64,000 nucleotides of DNA from assembly GCA_963693365.1 (NCBI GenBank), contig CAVNZM010000017.1, positions 3,825,375 to 3,889,374 on the forward strand. Direction: 5' to 3'. Source of the stretch: Amoebidium appalachense. Taxonomy: Eukaryota > Protista > Ichthyosporea. Positions 36,534-50,847 of this stretch are shown piece after piece (positions within the stretch are counted from its first letter, which is position 1; each line of letters begins with the position of its first letter). The notes under the pieces are model-generated. The model saw nothing but the letters and a program-made list of their open reading frames with translations. It was not told the DNA's origin and made no database searches. The position numbers were made by a program, and so were the translations under genes.

Positions 36534-37451
36534 TTTTAGGGTTTCAGTGTTACAACAATATGCGTAGGTAAATGTGCCGTGTGCGGATCTTTCCTAACAA
36601 AGTTGTCCCGACTAACTGCACACAGCGTGGAGTGGACTGACGGATGTGGGCGTTTGCGAGCCAATATATACTCGACATTCCTGGGGCCAAACAGCCAATC
36701 AGACCGTACGACAGCTCGATATGAGTCAGAGATATGAGTCGACAATATATTGACAAAAGGACGAACCAACGTGATCCAAAAAAAGCAGAAAAACCCCTGA
36801 GTTCGTGGACTTATTGCAGTCGATAAATATATATATTACCTAACCTGAAAGAGAAATTCTTCAAGAACATTGTATTTTTTTGTGTGTTTTAGGTTTTTTT
36901 TTCTATACTGAGACGAACGGCGTACTTTCGCAATCTCCAGGGAAACTTTAGAGCAAAGCCATAGTCAATATTGATTGGATACTCAGTGTCCAATCGCTAA
37001 TGCTGATGGAATTTAAGGGATATGTCCGCCAATAGGAGCGCGAGGCTTTACTGTCAACAAAGAATAAATCCGACCCCTAGATCACTGGGCCAGTCCCCCT
37101 ACACCCGGTTACGCACCCTCCGACAGTCCAGCATGATGGTCATAAGCGTCCCGGACTTAGGGATAAGACTCAACACAAAACAACAGGGTCAAAACACACA
37201 ATCACACACGTGTACACACACGCACACACACGCACAGACACGCGCGTGCTCACGCACACACACACACTGTGACATGCATGCACAGATACATGAAGTCACG
37301 AACACACACACTACTTCACAAACACACGAATGCACAAACACCATGGCACACACGCGCGAGGGCGTGTGTACACACACGCACACGCACGCACACACGCACA
37401 CACACGCACGTGCACATACGCACACACAAAAACATGCACACGCACACGCAC

Positions 37452-37482
<31 letters not shown>

Positions 37483-39085
37483 TGCGCACGCACACGCGTG
37501 TACCATGACACACGTTGTAAACACGAAGTCTCACACACGTATACTCACAGACGCACAGACACACACACGCACACACGCAACACGCAGGCACACAGACAGA
37601 CCCACACGCACACACGCACACAGTGTCACGCACACACACACGCACACACGCACACGCACGCACACACACACACACACCACACACACACACGTGTGTACAC
37701 AAATGCTCGTGGACGTGCATGCAGACCGGCACGCATCCTCTCTGTTATATATGTCACTTTGTTTGGCAAATTGAATGAGTGCAAATGACGAGAAGGATCA
37801 GGACGGAGAGAGACGGGGAAAAGGAAAGCTGGGTTGCCAGCTTTATCATAAAGAACATTGGGCTGGGTACCCGTGTTTGGGGATGTAAGAATTTCAAGTT
37901 CTTATAAGCAAAAACACGGTCTTCATGAACCGAGGCCGGCTCATTTTGGGAACAATTTCTAAGTTTTAACCTTTTGATTAAGGTCATATTCAGCACCGCT
38001 GCCTTTTAGTGGGTACCAGCCTCGGGAGACCTATATACATTTTTATTTGTAACTGGCAACTAACGTCGGTTAGAAAACAACGGAGTCATGAACTTCTTTG
38101 TGGAGCACAGTATGATGCGGTTGCTGAGTTTGTTAGCGAAGGTAGGGTAATGACTGGTGCTCTGGTGGATGGAAATGGGCCATGCATCATCTAAGTTCAA
38201 CAAAGAGAGTGCTGCGATTTATTTAATTAGTACCAATTTCCAAAACAAGGGGATCGATCACCTGCTTGAGTGCTAATATCTAATTCACCGAAGGGCCTTT
38301 GAATGTTTCTTTTGATAATTTCTGCCACGCGCTTAATGCGGGGGAAGCCTTAGAACGGTTTTAGTCGTGGTAGTGGGGTGTGTGTGTGTGTGTGTGTGTG
38401 TGCTTGTGCGTTTAGGCGAGTGTGTGTTTGTGTATGTGTGTGCACGTCTTCACGCGTGTTTTTGAGAGATATTTGCTGATTCTGTTGGAAGACAAGATCT
38501 GCCACGGAACCCACCCGCGTTACATCTTCACATGACAGCAAAAGGCAGCACCAAGCTCCCGAAGCTTCCATAATCCCCCCCCCCCCCCCCCCCCCCCCCC
38601 CCTGCCGCCCCCGCCCCCCTCTCCTCCAAAAAAAAAAAAATCCCCCAACCCTTTTCCCCCTTACACACACACAAACAAACACATGCACACACATTCCTTC
38701 GAAGGGGGTTGACACTACCACCAGTATCGCACATGCGGCATGCCAACATGTATGTATGCACACACGCACAGAAAAACATACGCACATATGCACGTGTGCA
38801 CACATGCACAGAAGCATGTATGTACATTTGCACACACGTTGCACATGCACATGGAAAATGCAAGGCAGCCATGTACGTACACACATTCCCACGAGGACAC
38901 ATTGGTTTGATCTTCGTGCCAACCCCACTGGCCGCCTGTGACAAGTTAAGGTAGCTCATCGTATATATACCGTGTTTTCCCGTGTTGTCACTAGAGGAGA
39001 CTATGGGCCCCTAAAAGGAACTGCCTGCCGTGCTACACATAGCACCGACTGTACTCTAGCTTCCCCGGCCCCTTGGGCCTCCGGC

Positions 39086-39119
<34 letters not shown>

Positions 39120-39384
39120 CCGCCCCACACACACACACACATACACACCGTGGCACACACACGCACCACACACACACAAAAAAAAAAGAAAGAAAGGAAA
39201 TCCTTCCCGGCTCATCCACCCTTCCACCCGACCCACCCACCCACCCATACGTTCACCCACCTACCCACCCACAAACACATGCGCACACGCCTGTAGAGGC
39301 ACGCGCACACACGCACGGGCCGCGCGCACGCACACACGCACGCAAGGACCCACACACACACACACGCACACACACACACACTCT

Positions 39385-39461
<77 letters not shown>

Positions 39462-39476
39462 GCGCGCGCACACACA

Positions 39477-39559
<83 letters not shown>

Positions 39560-39791
39560 ACATACATCATTAGAGTTTGGGTGTCCGACCTCCAGAGTAC
39601 CGACGGCCACCGGACCGCCGCCTGGAGATCTGTGCACGTGCCTGAGATCTACGCCCGTTTTTTCGGCCGCCGAGCCGCAGATGACGGCGGGTAACAGGTA
39701 TGTTTGGAATGCAAGATCGACCAATTAACAAAGAGGGATTGGATAAAACTGATCACGATCTGTAATTGGCTAGGGTTGGGTCACCAGCAGG

Positions 39792-39799
39792 TATATAAA
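39792..39799 (+). promoter_or_regulatory. TATA box of the 39969 gene
   Basis: TATATAAA 177 bp upstream of the ATG, preceded by ATTGG/CCAAT motifs. Confidence 0.5.
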
Positions 39800-39968
39800 G
39801 AGGACTTCACTTGAATGATGACCAGAACTCGCTTGCCACAACACTAAAACCCCCCCAGCTATTTGCCTCAGCTCTACAAATTCTTTTTTCTGAACTTCTT
39901 TTCCCAATATTCTATTCTAAGATTGAAAGTAATATCCAGAAGCAAGGCTTATCATACACACAGCTAAC

Positions 39969-41036
39969 ATGGGGATCATCCGTACCGTTGTTGGGCTCGC
40001 TGCCGAGGCTGCCACCAGCGCTAGCAGCACACGCACTCAACAAACACGTGCCTCCCCACCTTCGACTCGCCAGACGCCCCGCTACCACGACAGCTATCTG
40101 CCAGAAATCCCGCCCCCAAACTACCCTTCAGCTGCCTACCCCCAGCCTGCCACTCCACCCACCACCTGCTACACCTACCCGGAACATGTGCAGCCCACGT
40201 CCACCCCTAGCCAATATGTGCCCACATACTACTCTCAGCCATCCAGCTCACCCCAGTATCAGCCCGCTCCAGAGTACTCTCCCCCGGCTCCCGCTTATTA
40301 CTATTCTCAGGCAGCCCCTTCCGCCTTTGAATCAAAGCACAGTACCGACAAACACACACGCGAACAAAGTATCTCGAGCGGCAACTCTGCAAAGACTGGC
40401 AGCACAAAAGAAACATCGCGGCTATCCCGCCTGTTCTACAAGGTGCGCGACTTTGGGCCGTTCATTGTGGTGGCGCTCGTGCAGCCGCAAAGCACCACCT
40501 GGGCGATGGTTGCCGGCACGGGGCTGGTGGCTGCGATTCTGGCCATCGACCTTTACCGTTGGGCCGTGCGCCACACCATCCCCACGTGGCCACGCATCAT
40601 GCTGGTGGCCCAGCTGGCCGCATATGCCGCGCTGCTGGTGTTGGCGCTGTCAGGCCCCGACACCAAAGACATTGCAAACAACTACACCATGGTGGTGGTC
40701 AACGGCACACAGGCCGCGGCCGCCTTTCTCTCCATCCTGCTTGGCTTCCCGTTTGCCCGCCAGATCGCCATGGAGAGCACGCCGCGCACCGTGTGGCCCA
40801 CGGCCGGGTTCAAGAAGCTGACGCTGGTGCTTTCGCTGCTGTGGGCCTGCGTGTTTGGCGCCATGGCTGGCGCCTCGGCAGTGATTCCGGCCGTTGGGGT
40901 GGCCAACATGAGCAAGGGTGTGCACACGCTGTGCAACGTGGCGCCCATCGTGCTGTTGGTGGTGGGCCTCAAGGCCAGCAGGGCCATCAGTAATAAGGCA
41001 AAGGCCCAGGCCAGCACCCAGGCAGTGAGGGTGTAG
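39969..41036 (+). CDS. Intronless 355-aa protein: Pro/Tyr/Gln-rich N-terminal half plus ~6-TM membrane domain resembling a bacterial uncharacterised family
   Basis: Long non-repetitive ORF with GC-rich third positions; hydrophobic segments from about residue 160; motif SILLGFPFARQIAMESTPRTVWPTAGFKKLTLVLSLLW; TATA upstream. Confidence 0.85.
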   Translation: MGIIRTVVGLAAEAATSASSTRTQQTRASPPSTRQTPRYHDSYLPEIPPPNYPSAAYPQPATPPTTCYTYPEHVQPTSTPSQYVPTYYSQPSSSPQYQPAPEYSPPAPAYYYSQAAPSAFESKHSTDKHTREQSISSGNSAKTGSTKETSRLSRLFYKVRDFGPFIVVALVQPQSTTWAMVAGTGLVAAILAIDLYRWAVRHTIPTWPRIMLVAQLAAYAALLVLALSGPDTKDIANNYTMVVVNGTQAAAAFLSILLGFPFARQIAMESTPRTVWPTAGFKKLTLVLSLLWACVFGAMAGASAVIPAVGVANMSKGVHTLCNVAPIVLLVVGLKASRAISNKAKAQASTQAVRV

Positions 41037-42197
41037 TGGTGCGCGTTTCTGTTCTGTATTTTCCCTATGGTTTTTATTTGAATCGGAGAGTTTATGTATT
41101 GCTACATTTCTTCAACATCAAAAAAAAGAGAGGACACGTTGACTGGATACCATGTGGGACCGATGCCCACCCTAACGACGAAGTTATAATATAGATTCTA
41201 CGGTGTACACATGTAAACAAAGCGGTAAAAGCAAAACCTTATGGTTATTAACTAATAAACTTCCTTTTATACAGTACAGAACAAATGAGGTGCACCAATA
41301 CCATTGAATAAATATTACATGTTGAATGGCTCTGAAATGGAATAGTCGGACAAATATTAAAGCCGGTGACAAACAACCTAAAAGGCATAAAGGCCCCAAG
41401 ATGGCACAAAGCACACCCGACTTTCAGTGGAGAACAGTCAATGTACTAGCAACTAAGCTCTCACACCGTTGCATATACACGCACCCACACACGCTTCCTC
41501 ACACACAACCTATCTACACACACATAATCTTGCTCCCCTCCCCCCCCCCCTCCCCCCCCCCCCAATCCGTTTTGCACCTGCTCCCCTCCCCCCCCCCCCC
41601 CCTTCCCCCCCCTCCTCAATAGCTGTAAACTTGCATAGGCTTGCCCATTATCAATAAACTGGTTTCGGGGCCTGTTGTCTAAATTTATATCTTCTCCCTC
41701 CCCCTCTCTCCTCCGGTCAGCTGGTTTCCAAGATTTCCTTTTTCGTCACACACGCACACAAACACATAAACGCATAAACACACACACACACATACACACG
41801 CACGCACCTGCGCACGCTCACACACACACACACACACAGACAGATGCAGACGCACACGCACACGTACACCACCTGCACCCGCACACACGCTCGCACACAC
41901 CCATGCACACTCACACGCACACGCACACAAGAACACACACACGTACACGCACACACACACCGCACGCATGCACACACACACATGCACACGCACACGCACA
42001 CGCACACACACGCGTGCATGCGCGCGCACACACACACACAAACACAAGCACACACACACGCAGACACACGCACTGTGACACGCACAAGCACATGCATACG
42101 CACACACATACACACGCGCGTGCGCGCACAACGCACACACGCGCGAGCACACACACACACACACACATTATGATGTGCGCGCACATACACGCGCGCG

Positions 42198-42280
<83 letters not shown>

Positions 42281-42439
42281 TTGCACACATGTTGAATTTC
42301 CGTCTAGTCTCTCCGTCTCTCTGATCGTGTATTTGAGCATGCATACACCGTTGCGGCTGTAACATGTACATGTAACTGCTGGTTGCAGTTGTGTGCTTTG
42401 TTAAGGGGCCTAACCACATCGGTAGAGCCTCTTACTCCA

Positions 42440-42915
42440 TGCAGAATTATCTGCTAAGAATTAAAATCATACACCAAAAACAGAATGATTCTGGATGAAG
42501 TTGAATTATTCTACAAAACCAGAATTATTTTGTAGTGCAGAATTATTCAGCGTAAGCAGAATTAGTTTGCTTTGAGGTGAATCACTTTGGCTTCAGCTGA
42601 AGTATTCTGAAAAAACAAAACTATTCTGCACGACTGAGAATAAACTTGCTCCAACTTGAAATTGAATAATCCTTCTTTTGGCAGAATAACTCTATTATTC
42701 TGGAAGAACCGTTCTATTGTTCTGCTTTTCGCATAATAATTCTGACTTTTGCAGAATAATTCTGCTTTTAGCTGAATAATTCTGCCTTTGCAAGAATAAT
42801 TCTGCTTTTGCAGAACAATTCTCCTTTTGCAGAAAAATTCTACTTTTAGCTGAATAATTCTGTACATAGCGGAATTATTCTGCCTTTTGCAGAATAGTTC
42901 TGCTCGGAGCGAGTT
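42440..42915. repeat. Degenerate array of the near-palindrome GCAGAAT(T/A)ATTCTGC, copy A
   Basis: Many ~19-20-bp units; orientation flips within the array; followed by TTGACTCTGCCGATGTGGTTGGGCCCTC as at 56540. Confidence 0.85.
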
Positions 42916-43363
42916 GACTCTGCCGATGTGGTTGGGCCCTCGATAATGCCAGGTTGCTCGGTTTAATATAAACAGGGTTTTTAATTCTATTTGCTGGACC
43001 TGGATTCACGTTGTAATCGGCAAATAGACTATGGAGGGGAGGGGAGGGGTAGGGGGGAAACCAACCCCGAGAGAGACCTGAACACACCGGCTCTGTTCAA
43101 GACTGTTCGAAGATGAAGGCAAGAGATTAAAAGTTGGATACCGGTGGACATACAGATAAACTCGTGCCCTTGTATGATGAATGCCTCGAAGTAGGAGAGA
43201 AGGGGAGGGTTTTTATTCCCCGGGGGAGGGGGGGGGAGGGGGGGGGAGGAAGGGGAGGGGGGAGCTGGGGGGGGGGGGGGGAGAGGGGGGGAGAGGGTAG
43301 GGAGGAAGAAAGGAGGGGGAGAGTGGGGGGAGGGGCCCGGTGCGGCGGGGGAAAGGGGAAGGT

Positions 43364-43437
<74 letters not shown>

Positions 43438-43450
43438 GGGGGGGGGGGGG

Positions 43451-44579
43451 TGTTGGAAGTAGAGTCCGCTGTGACTAGGGTCGTCGTGGCGCGCTTGGGC
43501 GCTGACCCGTTTTTTTTTACTGCTTTCAGTGTGTTAACTCCATGACTGAACTCCATGACTTAACTCCATGTCTGCACCTGGCAGAGACGTGGCTTATATA
43601 CCCGTGGGGCAGCAGTCTGGAATGTAATCCGGATGCCAGGCGCTAATCGGATTGGTTACTTTCATTTAGAGATCTCTGGGACCAGTGAACCAATCGTTTG
43701 CAGTCAAAACACAATTGGCAACATTCCTCAACTATGCAGATGTGCATGTGGTGATCGAGTGTCAGCGTGTGTCTGTGTACACGGAACCAATTGTAAAGCT
43801 AACATACACATATTGTGGAGTGAGCGTAAGTCTGCACTCCAACACCCCTACCCAATTGGAGAAGTGTACACACCACTAGAGAAGAGAGAGTGAGTGTGGC
43901 TGCTTGCAGGGTAGACCGGGGTGTGCATTCCACTGTGGTGCGTGCCCCGCCAATGAAGTGGAATACTTGACGTTGATGTCGCAGGCTGCTGCGGATGGAG
44001 TTTGTGGAAGCGAAAGTCTCTACTTCACGGAAATACGCTCGCGGGTGTAGGGTACAGCCTAGAAGTCGGTTTCTGGCTCCTCCGTTCAAGGCGTCGTAGG
44101 GGACGTGAAGTTAGAGGCCGCGGTGTCGTGTCTGGGCCCATAACCCTGTTGGAAGTAGAGTCCGCTGTGACTAGGGTCGTCGTGGCGCGCTTGGGCGCTG
44201 ACCCGTTTTTTTTACTGCTTTCAGTGTGTTAACTCCATGACTGAACTCCATGACTGAACTCCATGTCTGAACTCCATGTCTGAACTCCATGTCTGAACTC
44301 CATGTCTGCACCTGGCAGAGACGTGGCTTATATACCCGTGGGGCAGCAGTCTGGAATGTAATCCGGATGCCAGGTGCTAATCGGATTTGGTTACTTTCAT
44401 TTAGAGATCTCTGGGACCAGTGAACCAATCGTTTGCAGTCAAAACACAATTGGCAACATTCCTCAACTATGCAGATGTGCATGTGGTGATCGAGTGTCAG
44501 CGTGTGTCTGTGTACACGGAACCAATTGTAAAGCTAACATACACATATTGTGGAGTGAGCGTAAGTCTGCACTCCAACA
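43451..44579 (-). mobile_element. Complete non-autonomous Copia-derived LTR element (TRIM-like, 1129 bp)
   Basis: Two near-identical LTRs (44147-44579, 43451-43844) with TGTTGGA...TCCAACA ends; minus-strand PBS GGTTATGGGCCCAG (44145-44132); PPT GGGTAGGGG (43853-43845); GGGGG on both flanks; 302-bp interior. Confidence 0.92.
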
Positions 44580-45551
44580 GGGGGATGGGGTGGAAGGGGG
44601 GAGGGGGGTGGAGGGAAGAGGCCTAGGGGAAGGTGGTGCGCCCGTGTGTGTGTGTGTGTGGGGGGGAGGGGGGAGGGGGGGAGAAGGAAGGGTGGGGGTG
44701 AAGGAGAAGGGAAGGTGGTGTGTGTGTGTGTGTGGGGTGGGGGGGGGGGGGGGGGGGGGGGGTAGACTATTTAAAATTTGTGGTGTTAATAACAGCCATC
44801 GGCAAATCGGCTTTAACTTTCCGGTGCTTTTTTTTTTTTTTTTTTTTTTGTTCTTTTGAGGGGGGGGGGGGGGGGGGGGGGAGGGGGGGGGAGGGGTACG
44901 GTTATGGGTCCCGGTGGTGGGTGGGTGGGTGGGTGGGGGGGAACCACATGAAGATGCGAAACGACATTGGACTCATAGATATATATATCGTGGAGAAAGC
45001 AACGGAAGACTGCTTTCTCCGTATTGTACTGAAAGCATGCAAGTTAGCTCTTGCTGCCGAGAAAAAGATTACATACATACGTACTGTTGCCCACATCAAA
45101 CGGGACACAAAGAAGCGCAAGGATGGTTTTAGAAGGTTATTCGTATACGGTTAAAGAGTATCATATGGTTAGAGGGGGTATTCATACACCATATAACAAG
45201 GTTATGGTAACATTTAAGAACTGTGGAGGGTGACATGGTCGTACTTACGAGCACCACCTGAGCCTTGGCATCGAATATCATGGTCGTGCCAGGATTTACA
45301 TATGTTACGAAGCAACATCTATCAAATTAGGATTCTACGGTTAGTTAGCGAGAGGCAAATAGTACCATGTACATTATTACTTGCTCACACTCATCGCTTT
45401 ACAATTCTTGAACTATTTCATACATATGCATCATGCTTATGCTTGGCAATCGATATTCATACTCATCGCTCTAAAATTCTTGAATCGTTTCATACACCAA
45501 CAACACTTACACTGAACGGTTTCATAAGCTGGTGGGAGGGTATACCGACAT

Positions 45552-46103
45552 TTAGGAGACAAGGTGGTCCCGGAACTTCTTGGGAAACTTGATCTCGCTG
45601 CCGTTGGCAAGGGTCGCGACAACCCTAGCCCTGACGATGGTTGTGGCTGCGGTGATGAGGTGTTCGGGCCCACCCCAGCTGCGGGCCAGCTCTTCTGCAC
45701 GTTCTGACTTGATGAGAAGGTTCATCTGGGTATACTCCATGTTGATGTCTGGGTGGTGGATGCCGAGGTTCTGGTGCAGCACCCTCCTGGCGTCTTCGTG
45801 CTGGGCAATGAGAGTGTCCAAGGTGGCCCTGCACTCACGCGATGCAGCAGTGTCCACCCCCCTGGCCAGCTCATCGCACAGGTCGTACCACGCAGAGTTC
45901 AGCCGAATCTGTGTGGCCCACCAACACGTGTTAGCGCAAATTTTCCTAGCGGTAATGATGCATTGGTGCCTGAGACAGCAATTCGTACCGGATCAGTGCG
46001 AGCACATGTGCGTGAGCGTGGCACTATATGTCATTCACAGGTATAAGCTTGGCATGTACATGTGTGTGTGTGTGGTGGTGGTGGTGGTGTGTGTGTTGTG
46101 TGT

Positions 46104-46148
<45 letters not shown>

Positions 46149-46524
46149 ACATGGCAGGATGGACAGAGGGACAGGACAAAGACGTTCACGAGGAGATCTC
46201 GAGAGGGGGGGGAGGGGGGAGTACGGGGGGAGAGAGGGGGGCACAGCATACAGATACGAGAGCTGGAGCATGACGACCGGGAGAGAATATGTGGCACAGA
46301 AAAGAGATAAAATGGAACATGGGAGAGCGGGGAAGGGGGAGGGGGGAGGGGGGGAGCAGGGTACGGGACTATACCTGAAGGGAAAGGACCTCTGCAAGTC
46401 CGTCAGCCTTGAGGGCAGCGACATCAGCATAGCTTGATACGAGGCCCCACCAGTCCAAGTCCTTGACGCCGAGCTTGGGCTCCTCTCGCAGGGCAACCGC
46501 CATCTTCTTGATGTCGGCAACAAG
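45552..46524 (-). CDS. Last two exons of an uncharacterised, probably helical protein; 5' end not found
   Basis: Exons 46524-46375 (LVADIKKMAVALREEP...LSLQ) and 45908-45552 (IRLNSAWYDLCDELARG...RDHLVS-stop), GT-AG, phase 0, coding-like composition; no domain recognised. Confidence 0.7.
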
Positions 46525-46564
46525 CTGTAATGAACAAAGCACACATGTTGGTTGTTGTGCCCCC

Positions 46565-46595
<31 letters not shown>

Positions 46596-47185
46596 AAAAG
46601 AAAAAAGAAAAGAAAAGAAAAGATAATGCAGGAAAGAAAATGGTTACAGAGGAACTTAAAGAAAGCACAAAAACGCTTCTTGTCCTTTTTCGGGGCGAAA
46701 AGATAAACCTTATCACCGTTTTCTTGAAAAAACAGCCAGGCTCAACAAGTCAAGGGCCAAAAACGAGTAATAGGATGTGAGACGGTCAAGATGTTTTAGC
46801 CAAGTACAGAATGATGGCTTCTGTTTCTATCAGCATTTGAAAAACTCTTTCAACACAGGTAAGTGTACCTTGGAATCGTAGGAAGAAGAAGACAGTTCTT
46901 AGTGTTCACACAGCTCTAATCTTGCTATAATACTTCAAAGGCAATGGTTCGAAACAGCTCTCTAAAAAAAAGTAAAACAGCGCTGACTTCATTATGTGAC
47001 GTCATTGTCTTTCTAAAACCACTTTTTTCAAGTCCTCATGGATCATTAGACTAATATTTATCGATTGGTTCAAATTTGATTTGCGCGCCAAGTTGCCCCT
47101 CCGTCTCTCAGATCTCCCGGACCATGGCTAGTCTCTCCTCCAGATCTCTTCCCCTCTCCGCACACACATGAAACAACACATATGT

Positions 47186-47216
<31 letters not shown>

Positions 47217-47265
47217 TACGTGTACACCACACACACACACACACGCGGCGCGCGCGCGCGCGCCC

Positions 47266-47310
<45 letters not shown>

Positions 47311-47409
47311 CTCTCCGAGGCTCTCTCTCTCTCTCTTTCTCTCTCTCGATCTCTCACTCTCAACACTCTCTCTCCTCTCTCTCTCTCTCTCCCCCCCCCC
47401 TCTCCCCCC

Positions 47410-47514
<105 letters not shown>

Positions 47515-47581
47515 CCTCTCTCCCTCTCTCTCTCTGTGTGTGTGTGACGGACATCACACAGATGCATACACAGAGCCTGGG

Positions 47582-47614
<33 letters not shown>

Positions 47615-48641
47615 GGGGGGGGGGGGGGGAGATAGTATTACGGTATTCATTAATATTCAGGTACATACTATCCTATGAAAGGGGAGGGTTGGGGTGGGAG
47701 GGAAGGGGAGGCCTAGGGGGAGAACCGGGTGGGTGGGCAGAGAGGTCACGGTGTGGTGGTAAGTGGCGTATTGTTTGTGTGCATGGAAGGGGAGAGGGAG
47801 GAAAGGCCCTTGGGGGGGAGGGGGGGGGGGAGGGGGAGAGAAGGGGGAGGGGGGGGGTTCTCACTTCATGTTTTCCCATGTCATATTTTGATGTTATACA
47901 TTTAAGACAGAGCCTGGTCGCTTACAATTCATTTCAATATTTAACCGACGCTTGTATGTCGGTAGGTGTATGTGCACACGACACACATGTCAAATAACTT
48001 TGTGCACTTTGAACGGTCTGAGAAGGCTTCAGCCAAACTCGGCACTCTGCACTGATGACCCTGATCCAATCACTCTAAAAACAAATTCTATATGTACACA
48101 CAGGGTGTCAACAAGTTGTCTTACGGTGACACGTTGCTATGCAATATAAAGAGAGGGAGAAGAGCCTAGCGTTCTTGGCATGAGACCGTAACAGGTGAAG
48201 ACGTAACCTAGTAGCTGGTGTATGTGACGTACATTCCAGAATGGCGTAACATGAAGGATTGAAGATTGCACGTGCATGAACACTAATGCTGGCTGGCTGT
48301 ATGTCTTCGGTGCATGGTGGGCACACAGCCCTAAGGCTTGGTGGTAACCCATGGCTGTGCAAATTTGGTGATGGGGAGGGGGGGAAAGGGGGGGGGGGGG
48401 GGGGGGGGGGGGGTTGGAGGGTCGTGTATACATTGACATATGCAAAACGGTAGATAACCCCTGTACGCACACACACGCACCACCAACCCATCCTTCTACC
48501 CAGACCCCTACGCACAACTAGTACTGAGAAGAATGAGTAGTCAACGACGTACAAGGGGTCACTCACTTTTAAGATAACGCTTACATCGAGGGTAGGGTCT
48601 GGAGCCTTACGGTTGTTCGGCCGTAACGGTTCGCAATCTCC

Positions 48642-48693
<52 letters not shown>

Positions 48694-50174
48694 CCGCCGG
48701 CCCTTCCCCCCCGGGGCTCCGCACGGAGGGCCTGGCCCCCAGCTGGGCACGTATGATATGGTGGGGCCGGTGGAGGTGTTGAACCAGGTGGATGCGGTGT
48801 TTTTTTCCCCCCCCTTTTCTTTTCTTTTCTTTCTTTTTTTTTTTTCTGTGTGTAAGGGTGGGGGGGGGGGGGGATGAGGGGAGAGGGATGGGGGAGCAGA
48901 GGGGGGAATGGGGGGGAAGGGGGGAGGGGGAGGGAGGGGGGAGGGGGGAGGGGAGGGGGGTATTCGTTTTTTTTTCCCTTTTAAAGTTGTTGTTTTGTGT
49001 TGGGCTTTGATTATTGTTGGGGGATAATTTGGTATGCGATTTGGTTTTGTAGTGCATCCGCCACGCACATACGCACGCAAACAACCACACACACACAGTG
49101 TCCGCAGACTCCACACATGCACGGGTACACACGCACACGTATACATACACACCATATGCAAACAAACAAACAAGCAAGCAAACAAACAATGTGAAATGGA
49201 TACACACAGCTGTCACGTACACCGCGCACACACGCGCACACACGTGCACGCTCGAGCACACACACGCACGGTGCGCATACAAACACACACGCGTGCGCAC
49301 CCACCCGCACCCACCCACACATACCATTGCACACAAACCAAAAAACAAACACACACACCAGTCACGCACACTGCGCGCACACGCGCACACGCACACACAC
49401 ACACACACACGCACAAATAAAGAAAACTCGTGGCACACGTATGCAAAATTCACACGTACACACAGATATGCACACACATTTGCACACACAGAGGTATATA
49501 TGGAAATCAGAGCCTCCCTACTTGTCTTCCCACTCCGTTCCACCCCCCCAACCCCAATCCCCGGTATCTTATTTCTTTTTCCCAAGCTCGGTAGCCACTA
49601 GAGTCTTAATTTTTCCCAAAAACAATTAGTACTATTTATCCTATAGGTGAATTACAGGGGTAGGCCGAGAATACGATTACGTGGATTCTCGCCCTAGCCG
49701 GCTAGAATCTTGATTCTGCAACCCCTAGCCCAATCATAGATTGCCCCCCCCCCCCCCCCCCCCCCCCCTCCCCCCCCCCCCCCTTCCCCGCCCGCGTTCG
49801 CCTGCCCGCGCACTGTGTTATATGTGCCGCAGTTTCTGTACAGAAAATGGTCTGTATGTGTGCATGCACCTGCAGTAAAGCTGTGTGTACGTGCTTCTGT
49901 GTACGTGTGTTGCGGTTTGTGTGTGTGTGGCATCATAATGTCACGGTGTGTGTGTGTGTACCGTAGGTGCGTGTATCTGTGTATCCGTGTGTGTGGTGTG
50001 TGAGCGTGTATGGACCTGTGTGTCAATGTCTGTGCATCACATAAGTTGTGTGCCAGTGGCGTGTGTGTGCTTGCGTGTGTGCGTGCGCACGCGGTAGTGC
50101 GTGCGTGTGTGTGCCACTGTGTGGATGAGTGTGCTTGTCTGTGTGTGTGCACGCGCTCTTGTGTGTGTGTGTAG

Positions 50175-50205
<31 letters not shown>

Positions 50206-50499
50206 GAGAGGGCGTGTGCGTCCGCGTGTGTGTGTGACAGTAGTGCATGCTCTTCTTTCAAAAAAAAAAAGATCGACACAAGCCAACTTAATAACAAACA
50301 AACGAAGCAGCAAAAGCTTCAGAAATCTGTCTGAAGAAATCAAAAAGCCAACACAAAAACCAAAAAAGAAAAATTAGATCAAAAATAAAAGGTAATTATA
50401 TCTTTTTCAAACAACCAAAACAAGGCAAGTGCACATTCACCGTAACAAGCTCCTCCCACACCACCCCAGAAAATGGCCCTGGCCAGGCCTCAGGAGGGG

Positions 50500-50572
<73 letters not shown>

Positions 50573-50698
50573 TGAGATCATGTTGCAGAGATGAGCGTGC
50601 CGGTAGACGGTCCGGTGTGTGGCAATCAATATGTGTAGGTACGATGTGTGTGCCTGTCTATGTGTGTGTCTCCGTGTGTGTGCGTGTGCGTGTGCCTA

Positions 50699-50847
<149 letters not shown>

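Noticed and set aside
39811-40993. Overlapping alternative-frame ORFs (336 aa, 144 aa) at the 39969 gene
   Set aside because: Shadows of a GC-rich coding sequence; non-ATG or poor starts and no coherent protein features.
44898-44915. Second Copia PBS-like motif GGTTATGGGTCCCG
   Set aside because: Not preceded by an LTR end; the paralogous site at 58283 is diverged.
45552-46524. ClpB/Hsp100 N-domain assignment (PEHL and GASYQ look-alikes)
   Set aside because: The GASYQ motif is in a different frame from the spliced exon and no Walker motifs are present.
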